The position numbers and the translations under genes were made by a program. DNA of 62,969 bases, counting the filler, from Chiloscyllium plagiosum (Eukaryota), in assembly GCF_004010195.1 (NCBI RefSeq). It is 4 parts of one record of this genome, joined end to end, with 100 filler letters (N's around TTAATTAATTAA, not from the genome) between each part and the next. Parts side by side here need not be neighbours in the genome. Positions count along the whole stretch, not along the records: positions 1 to 12,871 come from NC_057713.1; 3 more parts are not named here. One strand, 5' to 3'. A model generated the notes under the pieces. The model worked only from the letters and a program-made list of their open reading frames with translations, was not told where the DNA came from and ran no database searches. This document shows positions 1 to 12,971 of this stretch, one piece after another; positions within the stretch are counted from its first letter, which is position 1, and each line of letters opens with the position of its first letter.

Positions 1-113
1 GAAGAAGGGCTCATGCCTGAAACGTCGATTCTCCTGCTCCTTGGATGCTGCCTGACCTGCTGCGCTTTTCCAGCAACATATTTTCAGCTCTGATCTCCAG
101 CATCTGCAGTCCA
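1..113 (+). mobile_element. Penelope-like terminal-repeat fragment (short family A) with a hammerhead motif cut by the window start
   Basis: GAAGA-AGGGC-TCAT-GCCT-GAAACGTC, followed by the body shared with copies at 3131, 8949, 30498, 34484 and 60351. Confidence 0.75.
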
Positions 114-575
114 CACTAAGTGGAACCATATCCAAGTAGTTGTGTGTCTTTGGCCAGAACACTCCGACACAGCAGAGCATGGAATTTTACAAGAGTTCTT
201 ACTTCCAGAAACAAAGTAGAATATTGGCCATTTCAGAGTTTAGAAAACAGGAACTGGAGACATATTTCAGCCGTCTAACAACTCTTTTGACACAGGAGTT
301 TTCTTTTGACCAGGACAAGCAAACCTTCTGGAATGCAGAATGGATAGATGAAGTGTGGCTTGCAGTGTGGGCAACAGCACTTTTGTTAGCTGCAAATCAC
401 ATATGTTGATAGTTTAATTTTTGCAAGGATGTAATCAAGTGAAGAGTGTTTCATCTAGGCAGTGTGTAATTGTTACAGAGGGCATTTATTTTTGATGAGG
501 TGAATAGCCATCAATAGCATGAAAGTTATCACTTGAATTTGCTTGACCAAAGTCCAGATTTTGAAGGCAACCGTC

Positions 576-795
576 TGTGTGGAGTTTGCACATTCCCCCA
601 TTGTATGTGTGGATTTCCTCTGGGGGCTCCAGTTTCCTCCCACAATCCAAAGATGTGCAGGTTAAGTGGATTAACCTTGGGAAATTGCCCTGTAGTACCC
701 AGGGATTATCGGGATATGGTAGGACAGTGGATCTGGGACAGATGCTCTTTGGAGGGATGGTGTAGACTTGATGGGCTGAATGGTCTGCTTCCACT
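576..795 (+). mobile_element. HE1/V-SINE, 5'-truncated and degenerate
   Basis: V-domain-like tgtgtggagtttgcacattcccc...gtttcctcccaca, followed by the SINE body. Confidence 0.75.
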
Positions 796-3130
796 CTCTC
801 TTAGTTCTTCATCTTCCCCTCTTATTGCTTTTTTAATTACCCTTTGCTGGCTTTTAAAGGCTTCCCAATACTCTTCACCACGTTGTATGCTTTTGCTTTT
901 ATGCTTTCCCTGATTTGTCTCGGCCTCCCCTTAAATGCGTTTCTTCTTTCTTGAATGAATTTCTACTGCACATCCTTAATTAACCCAAGAAACTCCTGCG
1001 CCACCATCTTCCCTTCTCGGCTTTCTTTCCAATCGGTTCTGGCCAGCACCTCAGACATTTCTTTGTAGTTACTTTTACTCAACTGCAATACAGACCTCCT
1101 AGTGGTTGTCTCAATATGTTTCTTGGATTTCACTTAGAACATAGAACAATACAGTATGGAACAGGCCTGGCCCTCAATGTTGCGCCGACCTGTAAACTAA
1201 GCCCATCCCCCTACATTATCCCATCAATTTCCATGTGCTCATCCAAGGATTATTTAAATCTCCCTAATGTGGCTGAGTTGACTACATTGGCAAGTAGGGC
1301 ATTCCACGCCCTTACCACTCTCTGAGTAAAGAACCTGACTCTGGCATCTGTCTTAAATCTATCACCCCTCAATGTGTAGTTATGCCCCCTCGTACAAGCT
1401 GACGTCATCTGAGGAAAAAGACTTTCACTGTCTACCCTATCTAATCCTCTGATCATCTTGTATGTCTCTATCAAATCCCCTCTTAAGCCTTCTTCTTGCC
1501 AATGAGAACAGGTTCAAGTCTCTCAGCCTTTCCTCATAAGAACTTCCCTCCAGACCAGGCATCATCCTGGTAAATCTCCTCTGCACCTTTTCCAATGCTT
1601 CCACATTCTTCCCGAAGTATGGGGACCAGAACTGTACACAATATTCCAAGTATGGCCGCACCAGTGTTTTGTATAGTTGCAGCATGACATTATGGCTCCG
1701 GAACTCAATCCCTCTACCAATAAAGTCTAACACACCATATGCCTTCTAAACAGCACTATCAACCTGGGTGGCAACTTTCAGGGATCCATGTACATGGACT
1801 CCAATACCACGCTACCAAGAATCTTTCCATTGACCCAGTACTCTGCCTTCCTGTTATTCTTCCCAAAGTGCATCACCTCACATTTAGCTGCATTGAATTC
1901 CATTCGCCACTTCTCAGCCCAACTCTGCAGTTTATCCAAGTCCCCCTGCAACATTCTTCCATACTGTCCACCACTCCACCGACTTTAGTGTCATCTGAAA
2001 ACTTACAAACCCATCCACCTATGCCTGCGTCCAAGTCATTCATAAATAAGTGACGAATTGCAATGATCCCGAAACAGATCCTTGGCACACCACTAGCAAT
2101 CGGACTCCAGGCTGAACATTTTCCATCAACCACCACTCGCTGCTTTCTTACAGAAAGTCAGTTTCCAATTCAAACTGCTAAATCACCCTCAATCCCATGC
2201 CTCCACATTTTCTCCAACATCCCACCACGTGGAACCTTATCAAAGGCTTTACTGAAGTCCATGTATACCACATCAACTGCCCTACCCTCATCTACATGAT
2301 TAGTCACCTTCTCAAAAAACTCAATGAGATTTGTGAGACATGACCAGTCCTTGACGAAACCATGGTGACTATCTGCAAGCAAATTGTTGCTTGCTAGATG
2401 ATTATAAATCCTCTCTCATAATCCTTTCCAAAACTTTTCCTACAAGAGCCGCAAGGCTCACTGGTCTATAATTACCTGGATCATCTCTACTGCCCTTCTT
2501 GAACAAGGGCAAAACATTTGCAATCCTCCAGTCCTCAGGTACTAAACCTATAGACAACGACAACTCAAATATCAAAGCCAAAGGCTCCAACGCCTCCTCT
2601 CTAACTTCCCAGAAAATCCTCTGATAAATCCCATCCGATCCAGGGGACCGGTCTATTTTCATTCCTTCTAGAATTGATAATACCCCTTCCTGACTAATCT
2701 CGATCCTTTTTAGTCCTACTCAGTCTTCTCCTTTACAACACTCTTCTTTTCCCGGAGTGAAAACCGATGATAAATATTAGTTTAGCACCTCTCTGTTCTC
2801 CACAGGGTCCACACACAACTTACCACTTCTGTCTATTCCTACCCTAGTCATCCTTTTATTCCTCACATACCTATAGAAAACTTTAGGGTTCTCCTTTATT
2901 CTCCCTGCTAAAGACTGCTCATGGCATGTCTTTGCTCTTTTTAACTCTCTCTTTAAATCCACCCTTCCAACTAATCTGTAACTCTCCATCGCCTCATCTT
3001 GTCTCACCGTCTTGTCTCACCGTCACACAAGCCTCCTCCTTCTGCTTAACAAGAGATGCAATTTCTGTAGTAAACCACAGTTCTTACCTTGTCACTTCCT
3101 CCCTGCCTGACTGGGACATACCTATCAAAG

Positions 3131-3245
3131 CTGAAAATGTGTTGCTGGAAAAGCGCAGCAGGTCAGGCAGCATCTAGGGAACAGGAGAATCGACGTTTCG
3201 GGCATTAGCCCTTCTTCAGGAATGATCTCAGACCTCACTTTCTCC
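3131..3245. mobile_element. Penelope-like short insertion (inverted terminal repeat plus forward 3' end) inside CR1
   Basis: Flanked by the 15-nt direct repeat acatacctatcaaag (3116-3130 and 3246-3260). 3131-3224 is family A in reverse; 3225-3245 is the forward 3' end. Confidence 0.8.
3188..3223 (-). ncRNA. Minimal hammerhead ribozyme motif (PLE type); best-preserved copy in the window
   Basis: Minus strand reads AUUC-CUGAAGA-A-GGGC-UAAU-GCCC-GAAACGUC-GAUU: CUGANGA and GAAA core, 4-bp stem II, palindromic ACGU at stem III, GUC cleavage triplet. Stem I is weak. Activity untested. Confidence 0.65.
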
Positions 3246-5149
3246 ACATACCTATCAAAGTCATGCAATATCTGTTCCTTAAACCAGCTCCACATTTCGA
3301 TTGCCCTCATCCCCTGCATTTTGATACCCCATTCTATGCCTCCCAAGTCTTGCCTATGGTTGCCCTTGCCCCATCGATAATTCTTGCCCTGTGGCATGTA
3401 CCTATCCCTTTCCATCGCTAAACTAAACGTAACTGAATTATAGTCACTCTCTCCAAAATGCTCACCTACCACTAAATCAAACCTGGCCTAGTTCATTCCA
3501 GATCCAGTGTGGCCTCGTCAGCCCTTCGACATACTATGTCAGGAAACCCTCTTGCACACATTGGATAAAAAGAGTCAATGTTGGGGAAGTTAAAGTCCCC
3601 CAGAATGACCACCCGGTTTCTTTCACTCCTGCCCAGAACTATTTCGCCAATCCTCTCCTCCACATCCATGGAACTTTGTAGTGGCCTATAAAAAAACTCC
3701 CAGCAGTGTGACCTCTCCTTTCCTGTTTCTAACCTCAGCCCATACCACCTCAGTAGACAAGTCCCCGTCAAACGTTCTTTCAGCCACCGTTATACTGTCC
3801 TTGACTAACAAGGTCACACCTCCCCCTCCTCTTAATGAAAGATCTAAATCCTGGAACCTGCAACATCCATTCCTGACCCTGCTCTATCAGTGTCTCTGAA
3901 ATGGTCACAACATCAAAGTCCCAGGTACCTATCCATGCTGCAAGCTCACTTACCTTATTCCAGATACTCCTGGCATTGAAGTAAACACACTTCAAGCCAG
4001 CTTGCTGTCTGCCAGCACATTCCTGTGACTGTGAAATCCTGTCCATGCCCTCCCAACTCTCACCCTCCTGTGCACTGGAACTACACTTCAGGTTCCCACC
4101 CCCCCTGCTGAGCTAGTTTAAACCCACCCAAATAACACCAGCAAATTTCCCACCCAGGATATTAGTACCCCTCTGGTTCAAGGAAGACCATGTCAGATGT
4201 TCTTCTGAAAGGACTGAAGCAACAAGATATCTTTGGGAGGATTTCCTTAGTGACATGGTGGGAGTAATTGAAAAGAATCAAAATCAGGATTTTCATCTCA
4301 AATCCACAGGACAAGTGTGTGCTGTCATAGGGTGAGCTAATGCCCACCAACTCTGAAGAACTGAACAAGAATGCCACCAGAAACTACTCAACTTGTTTTT
4401 CACTTGCTGCACTCTTCTACTGATGTTCTGGATTCAACAACATACATCCCCTATGGGATTGCTTTGAGTGTGTAAGGTGTGGCTTTAGATTCAAATCAGG
4501 AAGTTGTTTGAAGTGTTTGTTCCAGCTTTGGCACATGGCATCATCATCCTTGAGGAAAAAGAACAGTGAAGGGAATATTTTCCATTTGAGCATGACCTAT
4601 AGACAGCCCTGACAACTTTATGAAGTTTCCACATCATGGTGGTCAGCATATTCTTGGATCTCTCTCAGGCTGTCTTCCCACCTATTTTTTTTATCTCCCG
4701 ATTGTCTCTGGCTGTCAGTCAAGCTGCTGAAATGCTATCTTTACTTGCAGTCTTGAGCTGTTCTGCCAATGAGGGCTGTTCGTTTTTGTTCCAGAAGCAC
4801 ATATTTTTGTTTCGTTTTCATTAGATCGGACCTGGTGTCAATGCTCAGACCTTTGGTCAAAGAATTGACTTTATTTAATTCTACTGTTCTGAAATGTGTA
4901 AAGTGAAGGTGTAAAGATTTTCCACACAGGAATTCTAATTACAGTTCAAACCTTAATCTTCAATCCAGCTGCTTTGGTGTTGGAACATTGATCTTCTCTT
5001 GAGCTTTTCGGCCTTACATAGAAACATGTACGGTTGGAGCAGGTGCAGGCCATTTGAACCCTCAAGCCTACTCTGCCATCCAATATACTCATGGCCGATC
5101 ATCTCAGTGTCACTGCGATGTCTTGGTGCTAGATGTGCATTCCATCATC

Positions 5150-6905
5150 AAATCACAAGAACTAGGAGGAGTAGGCCATCTGGCCTATCCAGCCTGCTCC
5201 GCCTTCAGTAAGATTTTTTTGGCTTCAGCTCATGATAATCCTTAATTCCTTTCCTGTTCAAAAAATTAGCTATCTTAGCTTTAAAAACATTCAACGTGGT
5301 AGCCTCAACTACTTCGCTGGGCAGGGAATTCTCCAGATTTACAACTCTCTGGATGAGCAAGTTCCTCCTCAATTCAGTCCTAAATCTGCTTTCCCTAATT
5401 TTGAGGCTATTTCCTCTTGTTCTAGTTTCACCAGCCAATGGAAACATCTCTCCACTTCTATCTTATCTATTCCCTTCATAATTTTATATGTTTCTATAAG
5501 ATCGCCCACTCCCACCCCCATTCCTCTAAATTCCAATGAATATAATCCCAGTCTACTCAGTCTCTCCTCATAAGCCAACCCCCTGAACTCCGGAATCAAC
5601 CAAGTGAACCTCCTCTGCATCCCCTCCAGTGCCAGTCCATCCTTTCTCAAGTAAGGAGACCAAAACTGTCCACAGTACTCCAGATGTGGCCTCACCAAGC
5701 AGCCTGTACAGCTGCAACATTACTCCCCTGCTTTTAAACTCAAGCCCTGTAGCAATGAAGGACAAAATTGCATTTCTAAGTTCGGTACCCATGGGATGGC
5801 CTCAACCGGGACCTTCGGTTCATGTCACACTACAGGTGACCCCGTTGCACTACACACACACACACACACACACGTACAGACAAACACACTCTCCTACAGA
5901 CCCATACACTCTCTCAGACCTTCTCTCACACGCTCACACATACACTCTCTCAGACACTCATAACTGTATCTCCCCACACACACACACACAAGTTTGTGGG
6001 GTGAATTTGTACTTGCAGAATTACATTTTATTTTGCTCAAAAACTGCACGAATCCATGTAAGATTCTGTAAATCCCTTTAGAATCAGTCTGATCATTCAG
6101 GCACAGACAGCCTCACATAGGGAGGCTCACATCTTCAATGCATTATCTGGGCCAACATAACAATCGTTAAAGTTCACTTGAGAATGTAACTTTTTTAAAA
6201 ATTTTGCAATTTACATACGAAAGAACTGAAACCAACATGCCCATTCTGGAAGAGGACAGACTTACAATCCAGGTCTTTTTCAATATATAATTTCAGTTAC
6301 ATCACACTGTAAACTTTTGTTATAAATTCTGCATCTTACACACTTATACTCCTCAACCACCTGATGAAGGGGCAGCGCTCCAAAATGCAGGGCTTCCAAA
6401 TAAACCTGGTGTTGGGTGATTTTTATCTTTGTACACACCAGTCCAACACCAGCATCACCAAATCAAAAATTCCATTTGCCACCTTAATTACCTGTTGTAC
6501 CTGCAGACTTGCCTTCTGTGATTGGTGCACCAGGACACCTGGGCCCCTCTGCATAGCAGAGTGCTGCAAGCTCTTACCATTCAAGTAATAGTCCTGTTTA
6601 CTGTTATTCCTATCAAAATGGATGACTTCGAATTTAATAACATTGTATTCCATCTGCCAGACTTTTGCCCCCTCACTTAAAGTATCTGTCCCTTTACAAA
6701 GTTTCACAGTCCTCTGCTCACTTTGCTCTACCACTCATCTTAGTGTCATCTGTAAACGTCGACACACTACACGTGGTCCCCAACTCCAAATCATCTATGT
6801 AAATAGGAAATAGTTGGGGTCTCAACACTGATCCCTGAGGCACACCACAAGTCACTAATTGCCAACCAGAAAAGCACTCACTTATCCCCATTCTTAACCA
6901 GCCTG
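5150..6905 (-). mobile_element. CR1 LINE 3' part, split by a Penelope insertion
   Basis: ORF fragments VRPHLEYCGQFWSPYLRKD, GVPQGSVL and TFTDDTK. CR1 tail near 5150-5230. Confidence 0.88.
5776..6465 (+). mobile_element. Penelope-like element 3' end (family B): GIY-YIG endonuclease C-terminus, CA microsatellite and terminal repeat with decayed hammerhead
   Basis: Frameshifted KFGTHG/DGLNRDLRFMSHYR* at 5778-5839. CTGATGAAGGGGCAGCGCTCC at 6361. Near-perfect 12-nt TSD aaaatt(g/c)cattt at 5764-5775 and 6466-6477. Confidence 0.8.
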
Positions 6906-7942
6906 TGACATAGGTTGAGCAATATAGTTTACTTGCAACTTTTGACTTGAACACTGACATAACCCAGGAAGTAATACTACTTTGATTCAGAATGCCTGAA
7001 TGTTTGACCTTCTAGCAGCGCTGATAATAAGTCATGCTTAGCAGGAAAACACCATTTACATTGCCTTTTCCCATCCTGTTTTCCCAATGGTTCCACTCCA
7101 TGCATTGGTACCATGGTCAACTCTGGATTTAAAGTCCCTTTAATAGAGGATTTATTTCCTCTTCTGGATGGCAGTGAAGACTTAGTCAAGGTTAGAATGG
7201 TACTTTTCCCTCACATCACAGTCAACTGTAGAGCGTACCACTGATAATGGTCCACATTAGTTACAGTTCAGATGTTCATCACAAGTCAACAAAATGGATT
7301 TACTCAGCTCAGCTGCAGAGTGTTCAGCAGTGCCTGGATGTTGACAATGGTGAAGAATACAGGCTGCTGTGGAGGTGATGAAACCTGGGGTGGACAAGGA
7401 AAAACAGTGTGACCATCCTTTCCACAAAGGTCTGTACCTCAAGCACTACGAATGGTTTTGTGGCTGCAGCCTTAATGCTGAGTGAAATAATTGAAAGAGA
7501 ATGTAGTGGCGGTAGTGCTGTTGGACAGAGAGAAATCTGCGATTTCTAGGTGAAAGAGTTCTCACTCAGGTCTGACCAGAGTTACGTTGTTGTTCATCAT
7601 CATCATGTCCTAGTAACACATCAAACCTAGATAGACAACTCTGCTCGTGTGCTTTTGTTTTTGTTTGAACTGAACAGACAGTTAAATGTTTACAGGTGAT
7701 GTCTCAGAATCTGTCTCCAGGACATGGTTGACTTCAGCAGTAAGGAGGTATCAAATACAAAGTGAGAGAATTTTGGGGCTAAAAGTGAGTTCCTAATTTT
7801 ACTCAACACTGACAATTATTTGAGTCTATTCTCTAGTTGATCTATAAAGCTAGAAGACAAACCTACAAGTTTTTTTAATCAACATAAATCCAAAATCTTG
7901 AAACATTCACGTGAGCATTAATTTAGTATCAATAAAAACTTC

Positions 7943-8110
7943 AAAAGTACTACAGATGTTGGAAATTTGAAATATAAACAGAAAATGCTGGAAATACTCA
8001 GCAGGTTAAGTAGCATCTGAATCCGATGATAGGCTATCAACCTGAAACATTAACATCTTTGTCTCTCCAGATGTTGCTGAATCTGCTAAGTATTTCCAGC
8101 ACTTCCTGTT
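7943..8110. mobile_element. Old Penelope-like terminal repeat, inverted plus forward arrangement
   Basis: Arms gaaaatgctggaaatactcagcagg and ctgctaagtatttccagcacttc are complementary. The forward part starts at a decayed core, ccgatgataggctatcaacctgaaacatta. Confidence 0.65.
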
Positions 8111-8254
8111 AGTTCTTTGACTTCAGTTTGATCTGGCCTCAATCTGTTTGCACACGTGGTTTTTAGTTAGAAGCTGTAAGATGGAACGACAACTCATTAG
8201 ACTTCACAGCAAAACATGAGTCAACATTTCATAGTTTGTATAGGTCTTTATGAA

Positions 8255-8540
8255 AGAATCCCTACAGTGCAGATAGAGCCCATTTAGCCCATCAAGTCAG
8301 CATCGACTGTCTGAGCAGCATCCCAATCCTTCACCTTATCCCTGTAGCCCCACATTTTCCATGGATAACCCATCTAGCATACACTTCCCTGGAAATTACG
8401 GGGCAATTTAGCATGGCCAATCCACCGAACCTGCACACCTTTGACCTGCGGGAGGAAAACCCCGCAGAGAATGAGCAAATTCCATACAATCAGTCATCCA
8501 AGGCTGGAGTTGAACCCAGGCAGCCATGTTAACCACTGAG
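8255..8540 (-). mobile_element. HE1/V-SINE, degenerate
   Basis: gggcaatttagcatggccaatccacc...ttaaccactgag is the reverse of the HE1 body and head. Confidence 0.7.
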
Positions 8541-8948
8541 TTCAGCTGAGGAAATGGAAGAAAAAAATTATTCTAGTTAGTGCAAATGGGGAAATTTAAC
8601 ATCTTTGAGTTTTAATTGTTTGAAATCTTCATGTGAAAACAACCTAAACTTCTCAGCTGTTATTACATTGCACTAATCACCTTTCTGTGACATGGTTAGA
8701 ATGTTAAGCTGCCATCTCAGTTTTCACGTGAGGATCTGGTCACTGGAGATCACCATCAATTTCAGAATCAGCTGAATGTAGAGTGAAGCTCCCTGCAATA
8801 CCGTCACAAAAGCTTGTTTAGATAATTGGTTTCAATTTCAATCTTCGGTTTTATGAGATGGTCTGGATGGTCAACTGCATTGAACCTTGCCAGGTGTACC
8901 CCAGGATCTTCATGGTGGCCTGGTAGCATCTGTTAATTGCAGGTGAAG

Positions 8949-9076
8949 GCTTCTTCAGGAAGGCTTATGCCCGAAACGTCGATTCTCCTGTCCCCTGGAT
9001 GCTGCCTGACCTGCTGCGCTTTTCCAGCAACACATTTCAGCTCTGATCTCCAGCATCTGCAGTCCTCACTTTCTCA
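8949..9076 (+). mobile_element. Penelope-like short family A copy with a micro-inverted 5' end
   Basis: cttcttcagga (inverted core), followed by aggcttatgcccgaaacgtcgattctcc...cctcactttctc. Confidence 0.75.
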
Positions 9077-9094
9077 CCAAATCAGAATTGTCAG

Positions 9095-9213
9095 TTAAAA
9101 AATTACACAACACCAGGTTATAGTCCATTAGTGTTGCTCCATTGGACTATAACCTGGTGTGTGATTTTTAAACTTTGTACACCACAGTCCAACACCAGCA
9201 TCTCCAAACCATG
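9095..9213. mobile_element. Penelope-like family B terminal fragment with a fold-back
   Basis: acaccaggttatagtcca and tggactataacctggtgt form a hairpin, followed by the family B end cagtccaacaccagcatc. Confidence 0.65.
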
Positions 9214-9214
9214 A

Positions 9215-10340
9215 GAATTGTCAGAACACAGGAAGAGGTCAGCATCTTGTGACTGTGCGGGTAACTCAGCAAGCCATGCACCATGCCATTCCTCCTCCAT
9301 ATCCTGTATACCTGCATATTCTTCTTTCTTGATAATGATCCACTTCCTTACAAAATATCTGACCTTGCTTCCATCACACAAACACAGTGTATTTCAGACC
9401 TTAACTGCTCATGGCATGAAAATGTTTCTCATGTTTCTATTGTATTTCTATCCATTGTCTTAAATCTGTGCCATTTAGTTCTTGATTCTTCCACCTGTGG
9501 GAGGGGGTTATCCTATATGCACTTTATCCAGTCCCCTCAATTTTGCACACCTCTATCAAACCATCTCTCAACTTGTCCCTATGGGAGGCGCACAGTTCCA
9601 AAGTCTCCATTCTATTCATGATGATAGTGATATTAGCGTACAAAACAGTCTCCAATCTGTCTTCAACACTGATTCCACAGCCCTGCAATCACCTGAGATT
9701 TCTTTCTGCACACTTGAATGGTCTTCACATCCTTCCGAAAGTCTAATGCCCAGGAGGTGCAATACCCCAGCTGAGGCTGAACCAGGTTAAGCATCGCCTC
9801 CTTGCTCCTATATTCTGTGCCTATTCATAAAGCTTGGGATACTGCATGTTTTATTATCCACATTCTTAACCAGTCCTGCCAATATAAAAACCATTGTGTA
9901 TATTCAACCAGGTGTCGGCACTCCTGCACACCCTTCAGAAAGCGCCCTTTCGCCCATATGGTCTCTCCTTGCCGTTCCTACCAAAATGAATCACCACCTA
10001 TTTCTCCACAGTGCATTTCATTTCCCACCTGCCTGCCCATGCCATCAACTTACCTATTCATTGATGGAATTCTTCATTTGACCCTCATGGTTCAGAATGC
10101 TTCCAGGTTTCATACAACTCAAATTTTGAAACTGTGCCCTGCATACCAACATCTATATCATCACTACAAACATTCCTCTCATGCAAAAACATCCAATAAT
10201 TAGCACTCTGGCTGAGTGACCATAAACCAGCTTGGAGGCATGCTGTTATTGCACCTTTGACTCCATGAGCTCCAACTTCACCCCTACATTTGTTGTGCAT
10301 TGTACAAAATGCCTTCTGAAAGTTGACGTACACGTAACAG
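9215..10340 (-). mobile_element. Old, highly decayed CR1 LINE fragment
   Basis: Residual RT-like pieces (VNFQKAF, AHGVKG, GTVSKF) and a CR1-like 3' region. Confidence 0.6.
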
Positions 10341-10366
10341 AACAGGGTTGGGGACAGAGATAGAGC

Positions 10367-12168
10367 CATAGAACATAGAACAGTACAGCACAGAACTGAC
10401 CTGTCGGCCAATGATGCTGTGCCGAGGATTAATCCTAATCTAAAATAAAATAACCTAACCTACGTGCTCCTCAACTCACTGCTATCCATGTGCATGTCCA
10501 GCAGTTGGATTCCATGCATTCACAACTCTCTGCGAAAAGAACCTACCTCTGACATCTCCTCTATACCTTCCTCCTAACACCTTAAAACTATGACCCCTTG
10601 TGCCAGTCAATCCTGCCCTGGGGAAAAGACTCCAGCTATTGACTCTATCCATGCCTCTCACTACCTTGTATACCTCAATCAGGTCACCTCCCTTCCTTCC
10701 TCCTCTCCAGCGAGAAAAGTCTGAGCTTAGTCAACCTCCCTTTGTAAGGCAAGCCCTCCAGTCCAGGCAGCATCCTGGCAAGCCTTCTTTGCACCCTCTC
10801 CACAGCCTCCACGTTTCCTACAAAGGGCAACCAGAACTGGACACAATATTCCAACTGTGGTCTCACCAGGGACTTGTAGAACAGCAGCAAAACCTTGTGG
10901 CTCTTAAACTCGATCCCCCTGTTAATGAAAGCCAAAACACCATATGCTTTTCTTAACAACCCTATCCACTTGGGTGGCAACTTGGAGGGATCTATGCACT
11001 TGATCACCAAGATCCCTCTGTTCCTCCACACTGTCAAGAATCCAGTCTTTAATCCTATATTCAGCTTTCAAGATTGACCTTCCAAAATGCATCACTTCGC
11101 ATTTATCCGGGTTGAACTCCATCTGCCGTTTCTCAGCCCAGCTCTGCATCCTGTCAATGTTGCGCTGCAGCCTGCAACAGCCCTCGATACTATCAACGGC
11201 ACTTCCACCTTTTGTGTCATCTGCAAATTTACTAACCCACCCCTCAACCTCCTCATCCAAGTCATTTATAAAGTCTACAAAGAGCAGAGGCCCAAGAATA
11301 GAGCCCTGTGGGACACCACCCACCAGTGACCTCCAGGCAGAATACTTTCCATCTACAACCACTCTCGTCACCTCCTCAAAGAACTCTAAGATCTGTGAGA
11401 CATGACCGGCCCCTCTCAAAACCATGCTGACTACTTTAAATCGCGCTCTGCTTTTCCAAATAATTATAGATCCTATTCCTCAGAATTCTTTCCAAAACCT
11501 TGCTGACCACAGACATAAGACTGACTGGTCTGTAATTGCCAGAAATTTCCCTACTCCCCTTCTTGAAAAGAGGAACAACATTCGCCTCCCTCCAATCCTC
11601 TGGTATGACCGCCGTGGAGACTGAGGAAGCAAAGATCTTTGCCAGCGGCTTAGCAACGTCCTTTCTCAATTCCCGGAGCAACCTAGGATAAATCTAGTCT
11701 GGCTCTGGGGATTTATCAATCTTAATGATTGCCAAAATTTCCAGTACATCAACTTCATTAATCTCGATCTGTTCAAGCCTGTCTCCCAGCTCCTCTAAGT
11801 TCTCATTCACAACAAGATCCCTTTCCTTCGTGAAAATCGAAGCACAAAACTCATATAGGGCTTCCCCTATCTGCTCAGACTCCATGCACAAGTTCCCTCT
11901 GCTATCCCTGATCGACACTACCTTCTCCCTCATTCTCTTATTCCTCATGTATGAGTAAAATGCCTTCAGGTTCTCCCTAAACCTTCTTGCCAAACCTTTT
12001 TTGTGCCCCCTCATGGCTCTCCTCAGTCCATTTCTGAGCTCCTTTCTAGTAAGCCTGTAATTCTCTGAAGCTGTACTAGATCCATGCTTCCTCTACCTTA
12101 CGTAAGCTGCCTTCTTCCTTTTGGTGAGCAGTTCCTCTGTTCTAGTCATCCAAGGCTCCATAATCTTG
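10367..12168 (-). mobile_element. CR1 LINE, 5'-truncated, with internal deletions
   Basis: GVPQGSILGPLLF..FINDLDEE, KFADDTK, GNYRPVSL, LVRPQLEYCVQFW. Tail catagaacatagaac. Confidence 0.92.
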
Positions 12169-12649
12169 AGTGAAGTGTCCCAAAAACTCAACTAAAAATT
12201 CCAATCTCCATATTACTGAGGGACACCCGGTTTAAATTTTTTTTTACCCGATTTGATGTAAAGTGGAAATGTCAAAATTTGAGTGGACCAATAAGAGGAT
12301 CGTGCATTCGTTTATAACTGAAGACATTCGAGACAAGTTAGCACTAAATGCGTCATCTCCAGGCACTAACAGTTCAAACAGGATCAAGCTCCACAGGAAT
12401 GATTTTATTAAAATAGACGTGTCACATTTTAGTTAAAAACTTAGTTATGTTTCATGCTATATGTAACAAATTGGCAAATATGACTGATCTGACACCTCTG
12501 TGCTGCCATACTTTGTGTCCTTAAATGTTCTTCCACACACACTCATGCACATGGTGGCCCTAAATAAACAAAATATCAACTTTCTTCTCTTCAAACCTGT
12601 ATTCTTTCAGCAGAGTATGGTGGCTACACAAATGGACATGATCTTTAAC

Positions 12650-12871
12650 CGGTAAAAAGAGCCTCTTGGGAGTTATCTACAGGCCCCCAAACAGTAGTCT
12701 GGATGTCGGATGTAAGTTGAATAAGGAGCTGAAATTGGCCTGTCGCAAAGATGTTACTACAGTTGTTATGGGAGATTTCAACATGCAGGTAGACTGGGAG
12801 AATCAGGATGGTATTGGACCTCAAGAAAGAGACTTTGTGGAGTGCCTCAGAGATGGATTCTTAGAACAGCT
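12650..12871 (+). mobile_element. CR1 endonuclease-domain fragment running into a gap
   Basis: GVIYRPPNS...VVMGDFN...FVECLRDGFLEQ. Confidence 0.85.
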
Positions 12872-12971
12872 NNNNNNNNNNNNNNNNNNNNNNNNNNNNN
12901 NNNNNNNNNNNNNNNTTAATTAATTAANNNNNNNNNNNNNNNNNNNNNNNNNNNNNNNNNNNNNNNNNNNN
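12872..12971. other. Artificial contig spacer, 44N-TTAATTAATTAA-44N
   Basis: Exactly 100 nt, with stops in all six frames. Identical structure at 30398 and 47802. Confidence 0.95.

Larger units (their letters stand above)
1135..4185 (-). mobile_element. CR1 (HER1-like) LINE, nearly complete decayed ORF2 plus 3' tail
   Basis: Endonuclease fragments (CVYFNARSI, GDFNFPNID), RT fragments (NYRPVSL, DFSKAFDKVP, KFSDDTK) and C-terminus (LVRPYLEYCVQFWSPY). Many stops and frameshifts. Tail shows a tagaacatagaac microsatellite. Confidence 0.93.

Noticed and set aside
140..409. 89-aa ORF, and other short ORFs in unique DNA (e.g. 43656-44030, 62106-62396)
   Set aside because: No recognisable domain or exon structure. 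Lengths are consistent with chance.
12916..12927. TTAATTAATTAA palindrome occurring three times (also 30442 and 47846)
   Set aside because: Always centred in exactly 44+44 Ns. It is an artificial six-frame-stop linker, not a biological motif.
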